DNA of 35,307 nucleotides from IMG/VR virus record IMGVR_UViG_3300033145_001818, positions 1 through 35,307 of that record. One strand, given 5' to 3'. Position numbers and translations under genes: made by a program. Below the pieces are notes generated by a model. That model was not told the DNA's origin. It saw only the letters and a program-made list of their open reading frames with translations, and did no database searches. The stretch's first letter is position 1, and every line of letters begins with the position of its first letter. This DNA is from a virus (Duplodnaviria > Caudoviricetes). This document shows positions 1 through 7,710 of the stretch, in pieces.

Positions 1-222
1 TTCTTTGGCTACCTGGCCGCTGTTTACGCGAACCTGGCGGCCCTGTTCGTCCCTGACGGTTTGGGGTAGGGATTGGAATACAGTTACCTCGTGGCCGTCG
101 GATTGGAGAAGGTGACAGAGATTTACGAGATAAGTTTCAGCCCCGCCATATATGATTCTGTCATATCCATGAACCTCCTTAACTTGATGCCAGAAATAAC
201 TGGTAAGTATTGCTATTTTCAT
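1..222 (-). CDS. Glycosyltransferase family 4 (GT-B) N-terminus, runs off the left edge; not in ORF track
   Basis: ATG at 222 overlaps the HNH stop (ATGA), GGAGG upstream. Hand translation MKIAILTSYFWHQVKEVHGYDRIIYGGAETYLVNLCHLLQSDGHEVTVFQ matches the GT4 pattern MKI..GGAE..L..L..GHEVTV. Confidence 0.8.
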   Translation of the reverse strand, partial: MKIAILTSYFWHQVKEVHGYDRIIYGGAETYLVNLCHLLQSDGHEVTVFQSLPQTVRDEQGRQVRVNSGQVAKE

Positions 223-791
223 AATATCACGCCTCCGGTTTTATTTTTTTCGTAAGCATCTAAAGAATATGGCATCGCTAATGCTCTTGCTTCTTTTATT
301 GCAATTTCTGCTTCTTTAGCAGTGGCAAAAACGCCAACATGATACCACTTGCCATTTCGTCTATATCTGGCTAACCATTTTCCGCTTTTTGTTTGCCTAA
401 CGCCACGTATTCCACTTTTGCTTGTAGTTCTTGCCCTGTGATAATTTTGCTGATTAGCCCCTCTTGGTACTATCCTTAAATTGCATCTCCTGTTATCTAG
501 CGTGTCATGGTTGATATGATCTACCTCATAACCATTAGGTGGTTGCATAATCCAACGATGAAGCGAAAAATATTCCCGTTTATAATGACCATTGCTATTT
601 CTTCCGTTATAAGTTTTACCTTCAGCGTAAAAACTTTTAGTATGCCTATCCCAATGAGGGTTCCACTTATAAGGGAACTCCATCACCCTCGGCAAATCTG
701 CCGTATCAATCAAACACTCCAGCCTTGTTCCGTCTTTACGGTCAAGAAAAATAACCGTCATATCCCCGCGAATCTCATAATTATTCTTCAT
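219..791 (-). CDS. HNH homing endonuclease with C-terminal AP2 DNA-binding domain
   Basis: LHRWIM..VDHINHDTLDNRRCNLR (HNH), then SGIRGV..KWLAR..HVGVFATAKEA (AP2); GGGAGG RBS. Confidence 0.9.
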   Translation of the reverse strand: MKNNYEIRGDMTVIFLDRKDGTRLECLIDTADLPRVMEFPYKWNPHWDRHTKSFYAEGKTYNGRNSNGHYKREYFSLHRWIMQPPNGYEVDHINHDTLDNRRCNLRIVPRGANQQNYHRARTTSKSGIRGVRQTKSGKWLARYRRNGKWYHVGVFATAKEAEIAIKEARALAMPYSLDAYEKNKTGGVIL

Positions 792-830
792 CTACCATTC
801 CTCCCTAAAATGGTATCTCCCAAAAATAAA

Positions 831-890
831 ACCCGCTCAAGCAGGAGTGGGAGTTCCCTTTTCGCCGCGTCCGGCTAGCTTGAGCAGGGT
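831..890 (-). ncRNA. Putative three-way-junction RNA leader, copy 1
   Basis: Minus strand gctcaagc-TAG-ccg(gacg)cgg-CGAAAA-hairpin-gcttgagc, upstream of the HNH gene; same layout as 1973-2029. Confidence 0.5.
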
Positions 891-908
891 ATTTTCGGTT
901 TTTCAAAG

Positions 909-934
909 CAAAACCCACTCGTTTGAGTGGGTTA
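909..934. repeat. Palindromic repeat, copy 1 (caaaacccactcgtttgagtgggtta)
   Basis: Hairpin aacccactc-gttt-gagtgggtt; near-identical copy at 1405-1430. Confidence 0.8.
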
Positions 935-963
935 TTTTACCGCGTATTAGTTTGACACGATTA

Positions 964-1365
964 TTAAGCAAGACCATAGATCCGTTTTATATCGTTCTCG
1001 TTTAATCTCAAGTAATGACTTGATTTGGTGGGATTGGGATCATATATAACAAATCCAACCTTTTTGCATTGTTCAAGTAATTTTTTAGGATTATTACCAA
1101 GTGTTTTATCAAAACTCTTCCGTCTTTGCACTTTAAACCAACTACATTTCTTCTCTTCCTGTATGCGCAATTTGTATTGATACGATAAAGATGGTTTAAC
1201 AATCTCAGCATCATCTGTAAATATTTCCCTATCAGATAAGTCAATACCAAATATACCATTATGAAATGCTTTAATTGTTTTTCTTCCCAATGGTATTGTT
1301 GAGTATAGATCGTCGTAGTAATCTTTAACAAAAACCAACTCCGAACCGCAAACTCTACACTTCAT
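964..1365 (-). CDS. Hypothetical protein, AT-rich, N-terminal CxxC
   Basis: 133-aa ORF, AAGGAGG RBS, flanked by the two palindromic repeats. Confidence 0.7.
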   Translation of the reverse strand: MKCRVCGSELVFVKDYYDDLYSTIPLGRKTIKAFHNGIFGIDLSDREIFTDDAEIVKPSLSYQYKLRIQEEKKCSWFKVQRRKSFDKTLGNNPKKLLEQCKKVGFVIYDPNPTKSSHYLRLNENDIKRIYGLA

Positions 1366-1404
1366 CTCTCACGCCTCCTTAAAGTTTGCCTCCTGTTTTC
1401 ACAA

Positions 1405-1430
1405 CAAAACCCACTTGTTTAAGTGGGTTA
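1405..1430. repeat. Palindromic repeat, copy 2 (caaaacccacttgtttaagtgggtta)
   Basis: Differs from copy 1 by a compensatory c-g to t-a pair. Confidence 0.8.
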
Positions 1431-1438
1431 CCTCAAAG

Positions 1439-1582
1439 TTACTTTAAAGCATCAAGTTTAACCATCAATAACATAAATTTAGCAAATGCCGTTTCTGTTG
1501 CCTTTTCGTCCTTGCTTTCCATCGCCTTAACCATTTCATCACACACATCCCGCAACTTCCTGAATACATCAATTGGCCCCAT
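1439..1582 (-). CDS. Possible 47-aa helical protein; not in ORF track
   Basis: Hand translation MGPIDVFRKLRDVCDEMVKAMESKDEKATETAFAKFMLLMVKLDALK; no clear RBS. Confidence 0.45.
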   Translation of the reverse strand: MGPIDVFRKLRDVCDEMVKAMESKDEKATETAFAKFMLLMVKLDALK

Positions 1583-1605
1583 TTTATATTGAGCAGGTGA
1601 TAGGC

Positions 1606-1935
1606 TTACTCCCAAATATTCCTCTTCACTCCCAAATAATCATCAGTAATATAACCGTTGCAATTAACGATTTGATCTTGACCATAGCCACGAAGCCGGT
1701 ATTCATCGGATGGACGCGAAACAGATATAAAGTGAATAACCTTGTTGTTATATCGCCAACGATTGTTAACCGCCTCCAAAGGCTTGCCCAAGATTTCTCC
1801 TACCATCTGCTTTGCCCAATAAATAAAGTTGCTATTAGGGCAAACTATCACAATTGCACCAGATTTGCTGATTAACGATTCCTTAAACTGCTGGAATGGT
1901 GAAAATATTGTTTCTTTTTGTGCGGTTGCCTTCAT
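1606..1935 (-). CDS. Hypothetical protein
   Basis: 109-aa ORF with AAGGAGG RBS, co-oriented with terL. Confidence 0.7.
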   Translation of the reverse strand: MKATAQKETIFSPFQQFKESLISKSGAIVIVCPNSNFIYWAKQMVGEILGKPLEAVNNRWRYNNKVIHFISVSRPSDEYRLRGYGQDQIVNCNGYITDDYLGVKRNIWE

Positions 1936-1972
1936 AAAAAATCCTCCTTTTTTTTGCCCCCGTTAAATTTAA

Positions 1973-2029
1973 TTGCGCGGCAACCCCCGGAGGCAAGGGG
2001 TTTTCGGCTCTAGAAGCCTAGCCGCGCAA
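1973..2029 (-). ncRNA. Putative three-way-junction RNA leader, copy 2
   Basis: Minus strand ttgcgcggc-TAG-gct(tctag)agc-CGAAAA-cccc(ttgcctcc)gggg-gtt-gccgcgcaa. Confidence 0.5.
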
Positions 2030-2032
2030 AAA

Positions 2033-3964
2033 TCATACAACTTTTTTCTTGATGCCGGCAATCATTCCCATCCACGGCAGCATAACCGCTCCCGCGTTAA
2101 AATCATGGTAAAGCATCATCAGCATACTCACATGGTCGTCGTGCTGGCCGGTAGGAGCAGAATACCTTACGTGGCCCGACTTCGTTATCTGGTACGTGTA
2201 GCTTTTCAATTCTTCCTTTTGCATCTCGTCATCAAGCAGGACAATCGCTTCCTGCTCCATCAACACGCACAGATGAGACACCATTTCCTGCTTGATATTA
2301 CCGCCGCCAGACCAGTAAATGCCGTTCGCCTGTAAACCCCTTTTTTGTGCCTCGCGGGGCAACGTCTCGCCGCCGCTGGTCATGTCTATATCAATCGGGG
2401 CATTGTTGTATCGTTTACACTGGACTTCGATAATATCAAGCTGGTGTTCGTAAAGCATCCCAGTAAATACCCGCTTGTAAACCTGCCTGCCATATTGGTC
2501 TCTGATGCCGAATACGCTCAGGTCCACCCGCTGGGAAGGGTCCCATGCGGCCTTGTACACCTTATCCGGCATCGGTTCTTCAATTTCTCCAATACTAAGC
2601 TTATCAACATTAGCGAATACTTCGCCGCTGTCGCTTAAAAACTCGGCAAGCCAGTTCTGGCGGAATAACCGCTCGGGCAACATTCGCTTGGCGATTTCTA
2701 TGTCCTCTTTCTTGATATAGGGGCTTGAATAACAGTCGAAGTGCCAGCTCTCCCATTCCGGCATCGTTGGATCTTGTCCCCACTGGTACATCGTATGGAA
2801 GAACCCTCTGCCCAACGGCGTTGAGTTGAATATGCCCACTCCGCCCTTTCCTCCCAGCCCCCTGCCGTTGGAAGAAAGACGTGCGAAAAGGTTGGCCCAT
2901 ATATCCTGTAGACTTTTCGCCCTGGCAACCTCCGTCATCAGGACTATATCAAGACCGACGGCGACAAGACTCTCCGGATCATCTGCCGATTTTACTTCAA
3001 TCAGCCCATCGTAAATAGTTTCAAGTTGCTTCTCGGCCTCGTTTTTACTGACAACCCACTGCTCCGGAAAGAAATGCTTCAATTCGCGCCAGTTCTGCCT
3101 TGCCAGCTTATACGTCGGTGCCACTATCCACCCCATCACGCGGGGGACAAGGGTCGTCGGCCTGTTTTCAGAAAGCATTTTAACAAACAAACGAATAAAA
3201 TCGTTAATTGAAGCTCGGTCTTTCCCCCAGCGGTTGGCACAACAGAGCACGCGAAAACGCGCCTTGCTGTTGTGAAATAAAACCTGCCCGGGGTGGGGAG
3301 TGTAATCAACCTCAACTTCCTGGATGGGCTTCTCTTCGATCGGCACAGGCTCGTATTTCTTGCCGGCCTTCTTCTTAGCCGCCTCATCCCGACAGGCATT
3401 GGAACAGTATTTCCGGCCTTTGCGGTACTTCTCCCAGGTTGTTTCAAAAATACGCTGGCAGTGTTGGCAGCGCATCTTGACTTTTTTGTGATTGTCCGAC
3501 TTTGGTTCGGTAAAGCCTTCTTTACGCAGTTTGTATTTATCCTTCCGGCACTCAGGGCAATATTTGGCGTTTTGCGTGTTTTCCGCCATAAAAATAGTAC
3601 CGCAGGCAACACATTTCACTTCGCCTGATTTGTCTTTATGCTCCCGTTTCCGGTGGCCGCGGCAATCCGGACAATATTTCATCCTTGGCGAGTACGGCGT
3701 AAAGCCCTTGCCGCAAACTTCGCATTCCTTGAACGACACATACTTCGGCATACAGTCCATGCAGTATTTCTGTGTTATGTTTACAGGCACGAATTTCCTG
3801 CGGCAATCCTTGCAGACATATAAGCGTTCTTTTTTGGCTGCCTTGCCCTGGTTTTCTTCCGGTGCAGCCTCTTGCTTTTCTTCACCAGAAACAGAAGAAG
3901 CTGCCAGTTTCGGGCGGCTCCGTATTTTCGCGGCTAGTTCTTTTAGGTTGTCGTCTATGGGCAT
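2033..3964 (-). CDS. terL: Terminase large subunit with N-terminal Cys-rich zinc-finger repeats
   Basis: PHPGQ adenine motif, Walker A-like NRWGKD, WIVAPTY, KSADDPESL, coupling motif STPLG, FRQNWLAEF, nuclease acidic residues (WDPS, HDDHV). Confidence 0.9.
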   Translation of the reverse strand: MPIDDNLKELAAKIRSRPKLAASSVSGEEKQEAAPEENQGKAAKKERLYVCKDCRRKFVPVNITQKYCMDCMPKYVSFKECEVCGKGFTPYSPRMKYCPDCRGHRKREHKDKSGEVKCVACGTIFMAENTQNAKYCPECRKDKYKLRKEGFTEPKSDNHKKVKMRCQHCQRIFETTWEKYRKGRKYCSNACRDEAAKKKAGKKYEPVPIEEKPIQEVEVDYTPHPGQVLFHNSKARFRVLCCANRWGKDRASINDFIRLFVKMLSENRPTTLVPRVMGWIVAPTYKLARQNWRELKHFFPEQWVVSKNEAEKQLETIYDGLIEVKSADDPESLVAVGLDIVLMTEVARAKSLQDIWANLFARLSSNGRGLGGKGGVGIFNSTPLGRGFFHTMYQWGQDPTMPEWESWHFDCYSSPYIKKEDIEIAKRMLPERLFRQNWLAEFLSDSGEVFANVDKLSIGEIEEPMPDKVYKAAWDPSQRVDLSVFGIRDQYGRQVYKRVFTGMLYEHQLDIIEVQCKRYNNAPIDIDMTSGGETLPREAQKRGLQANGIYWSGGGNIKQEMVSHLCVLMEQEAIVLLDDEMQKEELKSYTYQITKSGHVRYSAPTGQHDDHVSMLMMLYHDFNAGAVMLPWMGMIAGIKKKVV

Positions 3965-4008
3965 GGTATCACGTCCGAAATATTAATTTTCAGATTCATT
4001 AAACATTA

Positions 4009-4066
4009 GCGATGCGGAAACCCCTAGCTTTAGAAATCCCCTGCCTTTAGGCATGGGGAAGTTTAA
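4009..4066 (+). mobile_element. Internally deleted IS200/IS605-family remnant
   Basis: gcgatgcggaaacccctagctttag joined to aatcccctgcctttaggcatggggaag; both resemble IS605-family subterminal hairpins; no transposase. Confidence 0.55.
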
Positions 4067-4764
4067 ATAGTTCTCCTTGTTTTTGTTTTATTACGGGATT
4101 CCTGCTTCTTCTTCATCCAGGTGTCCCGTCTGTAAAGCCTGCCATATTTACAGCCTTTTTCAAGCCATAGCTTCCAGGGAAGTTTTATGCCCCCTTTTTC
4201 CAAATGGTCAGCATTTATAACCAAACGGCAAAGCGTAGCATTCACCCTGTTTCTATCTCCGCAAAAAATAATTTCCGGGTTTAAAAAAAGTGGCCTCTCC
4301 TGAACAACACGGCCATACTTCCTGATTGTCAATGTGTCAACGTATTCGTAAATGACGCTTTTATTGATGAGCGAGTTTACCAGCCTCCTGGCCTGCCTTT
4401 CGGAATAATTGAATAGCCTGGCAATATCGGTCACTTTTAGATACTGGCCATGTTTATTATCGTCATAAGAAACTATTGCGTTGCTGTGCATTTCAACATA
4501 CCCCGAAATAGAAAAAAGAAAGGCCATTTCAGAAGTTGCCAGATAATTGCGCTTGATAAGATAGCGCATATTCGGGGCAATAACTTGGGCGAATTGCGCA
4601 CGGTTTTTGTCTTGAAACTCAACCAGTTTGTATCCGTGCTCCCTTACTTTGTTTAATTCTCGCTGGAGGGTTCCCACGTCGATCTGGTTTTTTATATCAC
4701 GTGCACGAGCATTTTTGTCGGCTTCCAAAATCCTGTCTTTAAAGGCTGAATCCATTGGTATCAC
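4063..4764 (-). CDS. Winged-HTH protein, MarR-like or Firmicute RepL-like
   Basis: HTH LKVTDIARLFNYSERQARRLVNSLINKSVI followed by LFLNPEIIFCG. Confidence 0.65.
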   Translation of the reverse strand: MIPMDSAFKDRILEADKNARARDIKNQIDVGTLQRELNKVREHGYKLVEFQDKNRAQFAQVIAPNMRYLIKRNYLATSEMAFLFSISGYVEMHSNAIVSYDDNKHGQYLKVTDIARLFNYSERQARRLVNSLINKSVIYEYVDTLTIRKYGRVVQERPLFLNPEIIFCGDRNRVNATLCRLVINADHLEKGGIKLPWKLWLEKGCKYGRLYRRDTWMKKKQESRNKTKTRRTI

Positions 4765-4786
4765 CGCCTTTCAGCGACATTAAGCA

Positions 4787-4830
4787 TGTAGGACAAAAAT
4801 GTCCTACATGTAGGACAAAAATGTCCTACC
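4787..4830. promoter_or_regulatory. Tandem pair of 22-bp palindromes, candidate operator or origin
   Basis: tgtaggaca-aaaa-tgtcctaca twice, directly upstream of 4063..4764. Confidence 0.7.
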
Positions 4831-5326
4831 TAAAAATAGCCTCAAACCGTTGATATATAAGGCTTGGAAGGATTTTAGGTACACCATTTTCTTCTCACTC
4901 TCTTATATATATAGAATCCGAGTGGTTCAACCAAGCAATCTTATCCTTCAACGTTTCAGAAGTATCCGGAAGGCGTAGTATTACGCTTTACCCTACAGGT
5001 GTTCCATTGTCATCAAAGAATAACCCTTGCTATAAACAGATGAATAACCTCGAAAAATATCGTGATGCATGGCACCTGCTTTTGTAGGTGCCCTTCCTAT
5101 TCCGCCACTGCTCAGGGCCATTTGTTTTGCCAAGGTGTGAGGGGTGACTCTCGGGCCCGAAAAATCACACCCCCCCCAGGGGGGGCGGAGCTCCAGGGAA
5201 CCAGCCTGGCTGATAAAATGTCCGTGCCAGGAGCACAGTCACTAGTGCAAGCCTCCTCGGTCCGCTGGAGCCCTACTGCCACGCGGCGTGCGGGGATATG
5301 TACCGAAAATGGGGATTCGCGGCAGT

Positions 5327-5860
5327 CTAGTCCCCGGCCTCCAGCTCAACCGCGCCCTCCCCGGATTTCCAGGCGATTCGGAGCCGGGAGAAGCTAGCTC
5401 CCCTGGCAGGGCCGGCCAACTCCCTCCGGTGATCAAGGGCAATACCGGCAGCTATGAGCAGATCCTTGACACCAGCTTTTTCCAGTTTGGAATTATTTAC
5501 CGCCAGGACAAACTCTTTGGCCTTCCGCGTGAGCAAATCCGCCAAACCTACGTTCTCAAGCTCAACCTGTACCTTCCGCTCTTCCTTCAGCTCAGCCAGC
5601 CAAGCAAACAGCGTGTTTCTATCTATCCCCATTTCCCGCGCCACTAGCGCGACATGTTCACCGTTTTCGAGGACCCGGCGAAGTAGTTCCGCGCGTGTTT
5701 CTTCGGCCGTGGCATTCCAGGGCGGCCGGCCTTCGTACGGACGAGCCACCGGCGCTACCACTTCAGCGTCCACTATCGGGTCCACTGTCGGGCCGGCATC
5801 GGCGGCATCGGCGGCATCGGGCTGCACATCCACCTGTCTCTTTTTTTTCGTCACATCCAT
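5327..5860 (-). CDS. Putative terminase small subunit (HTH)
   Basis: ATG at 5860 with GGAGG; HTH VALVAREMGIDRNTLFAW; helical region; upstream of and co-oriented with terL. Confidence 0.65.
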   Translation of the reverse strand: MDVTKKKRQVDVQPDAADAADAGPTVDPIVDAEVVAPVARPYEGRPPWNATAEETRAELLRRVLENGEHVALVAREMGIDRNTLFAWLAELKEERKVQVELENVGLADLLTRKAKEFVLAVNNSKLEKAGVKDLLIAAGIALDHRRELAGPARGASFSRLRIAWKSGEGAVELEAGD

Positions 5861-5977
5861 CAGCCTCCCAAAAAAAACAAAGGCCCGGAACCCGGGCCGG
5901 CAAAACTGATCAATCTCCTGCGTACAGGATAGCATGCTCACATGCTGTATGATCTGTATACAGACCATGTGTACACG

Positions 5978-6007
5978 TTGCGCCACCTGGCCGGCCGGTG
6001 GTATACT
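5978..6007 (+). promoter_or_regulatory. Putative sigma-A promoter
   Basis: ttgcgc-N18-tatact with extended TG. Confidence 0.45.
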
Positions 6008-6028
6008 GATGTGTCAGGAGGTGGGATC

Positions 6029-6232
6029 GTGAGTGAGGACAGAGCGGAATATACCTGGGGAGGTCGGCGGCCGGGGGCGGGCCGGAAACCACCACCGGGC
6101 GGGCGGCGGCGGAGTCGCGGAATCAATCTCAATGACGCAGAGTGGCAGGATCTCCAGCGCCTAGCTGCGCGGGCTGGCTGCGGGTCAGTGTCGGAGTATA
6201 TCCGTCGCATGCTACTGGGGAGTCCGGATTGA
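6029..6232 (+). CDS. Small DNA-binding protein, AT-hook-like arm plus ribbon-helix-helix
   Basis: GTG with AGGAGGTG RBS; GGRRPGAGRKP then INLNDAEWQDLQRLA..SVSEYIRRML. Confidence 0.75.
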   Translation: MSEDRAEYTWGGRRPGAGRKPPPGGRRRSRGINLNDAEWQDLQRLAARAGCGSVSEYIRRMLLGSPD

Positions 6233-6251
6233 CCGGGCTTTTTCTTTTTTT
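6221..6251 (+). terminator. Rho-independent terminator
   Basis: agtccgg-attga-ccgggct followed by a T-run. Confidence 0.7.
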
Positions 6252-6254
6252 CTG

Positions 6255-6315
6255 AAAAAAAATACCGAAAAAAAATAAAAAAAGTATTGACACTGAGCCT
6301 TGAATCTGGTAGAAT
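6255..6315 (+). promoter_or_regulatory. Strong sigma-A promoter with UP element
   Basis: TTGACA (6287-6292), 17-bp spacer, extended TG, TAGAAT (6310-6315), upstream A-tracts. Confidence 0.85.
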
Positions 6316-6359
6316 GGAATCAAGAAAACAACATAAGAACAACACAAGGAGGCGGAAAA

Positions 6360-6518
6360 ATGAAAGCAGTGCTAATCACCAAAGAGGGCGGAAGAAGAGA
6401 GTTTAATCCCGGCAGTTTTTCACTCGAGCAACTCACAGAGGTAATGTTGGCAGGCGAGAGACTGATCTGGACTGACGGCAAAGAATACGGACCAGCTTGC
6501 TTGATTTGCTTGATTTAA
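6360..6518 (+). CDS. Hypothetical protein, array gene 1
   Basis: AAGGAGG RBS; MKAVLITKEGG, 52 aa. Confidence 0.75.
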   Translation: MKAVLITKEGGRREFNPGSFSLEQLTEVMLAGERLIWTDGKEYGPACLICLI

Positions 6519-6546
6519 TCCCTGCCAGATGCCGCCACCAAACCAC

Positions 6547-6573
6547 GGCCTGCCGGGGGCCTAATCCCGGCAG
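6547..6573. repeat. Intergenic hairpin A, copy 1
   Basis: ggcctgccgggggcctaatcccggcag; related copies at 7595-7622 and 8475-8500. Confidence 0.85.
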
Positions 6574-6576
6574 AAA

Positions 6577-6637
6577 CAAAAATCCGCGCCGGCCGGCGTA
6601 AAGGGGCGCGTGAGAAATACCGCCAGCTAAAAAGGAG
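6577..6637 (+). repeat. Leader element B, copy 1 (putative pseudoknot next to RBS)
   Basis: About 60-bp direct repeat of 6935-6995. Confidence 0.8.
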
Positions 6638-6643
6638 AAAATA

Positions 6644-6889
6644 ATGAAAATCGTTAGCTACGATGAATTTCTCGAATACCTTCTGGACGTGGGTGTCTCA
6701 CCCGTTCCGGAGGAAATGGAAGACTTCTTCGGGTTCCCGGTGAATCTCGAAGGAGTGAAGAGGTGGTTCTCCTGCGCTGGAAACCATCTCGAGGAAGTCG
6801 AGGGTTCCCTCTCGTACTATGAGAGAGACACCCAGATTCCCGGTCCTCCCGACCTGTGGAGGACCGCGGCAGAGCACCAGCCGGAATAA
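6644..6889 (+). CDS. Acidic hypothetical protein, array gene 2
   Basis: AAGGAG RBS; 81 aa, D/E-rich. Confidence 0.75.
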   Translation: MKIVSYDEFLEYLLDVGVSPVPEEMEDFFGFPVNLEGVKRWFSCAGNHLEEVEGSLSYYERDTQIPGPPDLWRTAAEHQPE

Positions 6890-6934
6890 AAACCCCCCGG
6901 CCTGGGGCCGTTCCGGGAAACCAACCGGCCCCGC

Positions 6935-6995
6935 CAAAAATCCGCGCCAGCCGGCGTAAAGAGGCGTGTGAGAAATATCAGCCGGCTAAAGGAGG
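6935..6995 (+). repeat. Leader element B, copy 2
   Basis: caaaaatccgcgccagccggcgtaaagaggcgtgtgagaaatatcagccggctaaaggagg. Confidence 0.8.
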
Positions 6996-6999
6996 ATAT

Positions 7000-7236
7000 A
7001 TGAGGTGTACACGATGTGAGATGTACGGCGAGATAAGCAAGGGGATATATCCCTATCCGGGCAAGAGCCTGGATGAACCGGGACCACGGTATTGTTTGGG
7101 ATGCATTGAAAAAATCACCCGTTGGTGTGCCCGGCGGGAAGCGATGCAAGAACATTGGTTGGCTAATACCATCCCAGTGGGATGGTGTGGCGGAACTATA
7201 AAGAGAATACCGTTTTTTAGGAAGGAGGAGGATTGA
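7000..7236 (+). CDS. Small zinc-binding protein, array gene 3
   Basis: AAGGAGG RBS; CTRC and CLGC pairs. Confidence 0.75.
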   Translation: MRCTRCEMYGEISKGIYPYPGKSLDEPGPRYCLGCIEKITRWCARREAMQEHWLANTIPVGWCGGTIKRIPFFRKEED

Positions 7237-7240
7237 GACT

Positions 7241-7591
7241 GTGAAAATAATGAATGTCACCCCACACGCGATTCGCTTCCAGGATCGTGCTGGGGAAGTC
7301 TATGAAGTCCCGCCCTGCGGGACGGTTATTTCCGCCCGGCCGGTAGAAGAGCCTGCTGGAGCTCATCCTAGTGGCGCTCAGCTGGTAAGGACCAGCTTCG
7401 TGGCCTCGCCTGAAGCAGAGGAAGCCCTTGCGAAGCTCGAAGTGGAAATCCCGGGAGCGGTTGTTGTGGGTAGTATCATCGCTGCCCAAGCTTTCCCTGG
7501 TCGGGTGCTAGCACTCGTACCGGTACCTGGGTTTGAAAGAGTCTCTCCTGCTGAGAAGCGAATGAGGGACGACAAGTTTACCGTTTTCTAG
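7241..7591 (+). CDS. Hypothetical protein, array gene 4
   Basis: GGAGG RBS; 116 aa beginning MKIMNVTPHAI. Confidence 0.8.
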   Translation: MKIMNVTPHAIRFQDRAGEVYEVPPCGTVISARPVEEPAGAHPSGAQLVRTSFVASPEAEEALAKLEVEIPGAVVVGSIIAAQAFPGRVLALVPVPGFERVSPAEKRMRDDKFTVF

Positions 7592-7594
7592 CCA

Positions 7595-7622
7595 GGCCTG
7601 CCGGGAGCCGTTAATCCCGGCA
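7595..7622. repeat. Intergenic hairpin A, copy 2
   Basis: ggcctgccgggagccgttaatcccggca, 3 nt after the stop codon. Confidence 0.85.
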
Positions 7623-7710
7623 ACACTAAAAACCGCCTGCCCCTTGGTTGTCGGGCGGACATAAAAATACGGCAGTGCCCCAAAAGTGGGGTGGGGCAAA
7701 AGGAGGCACT

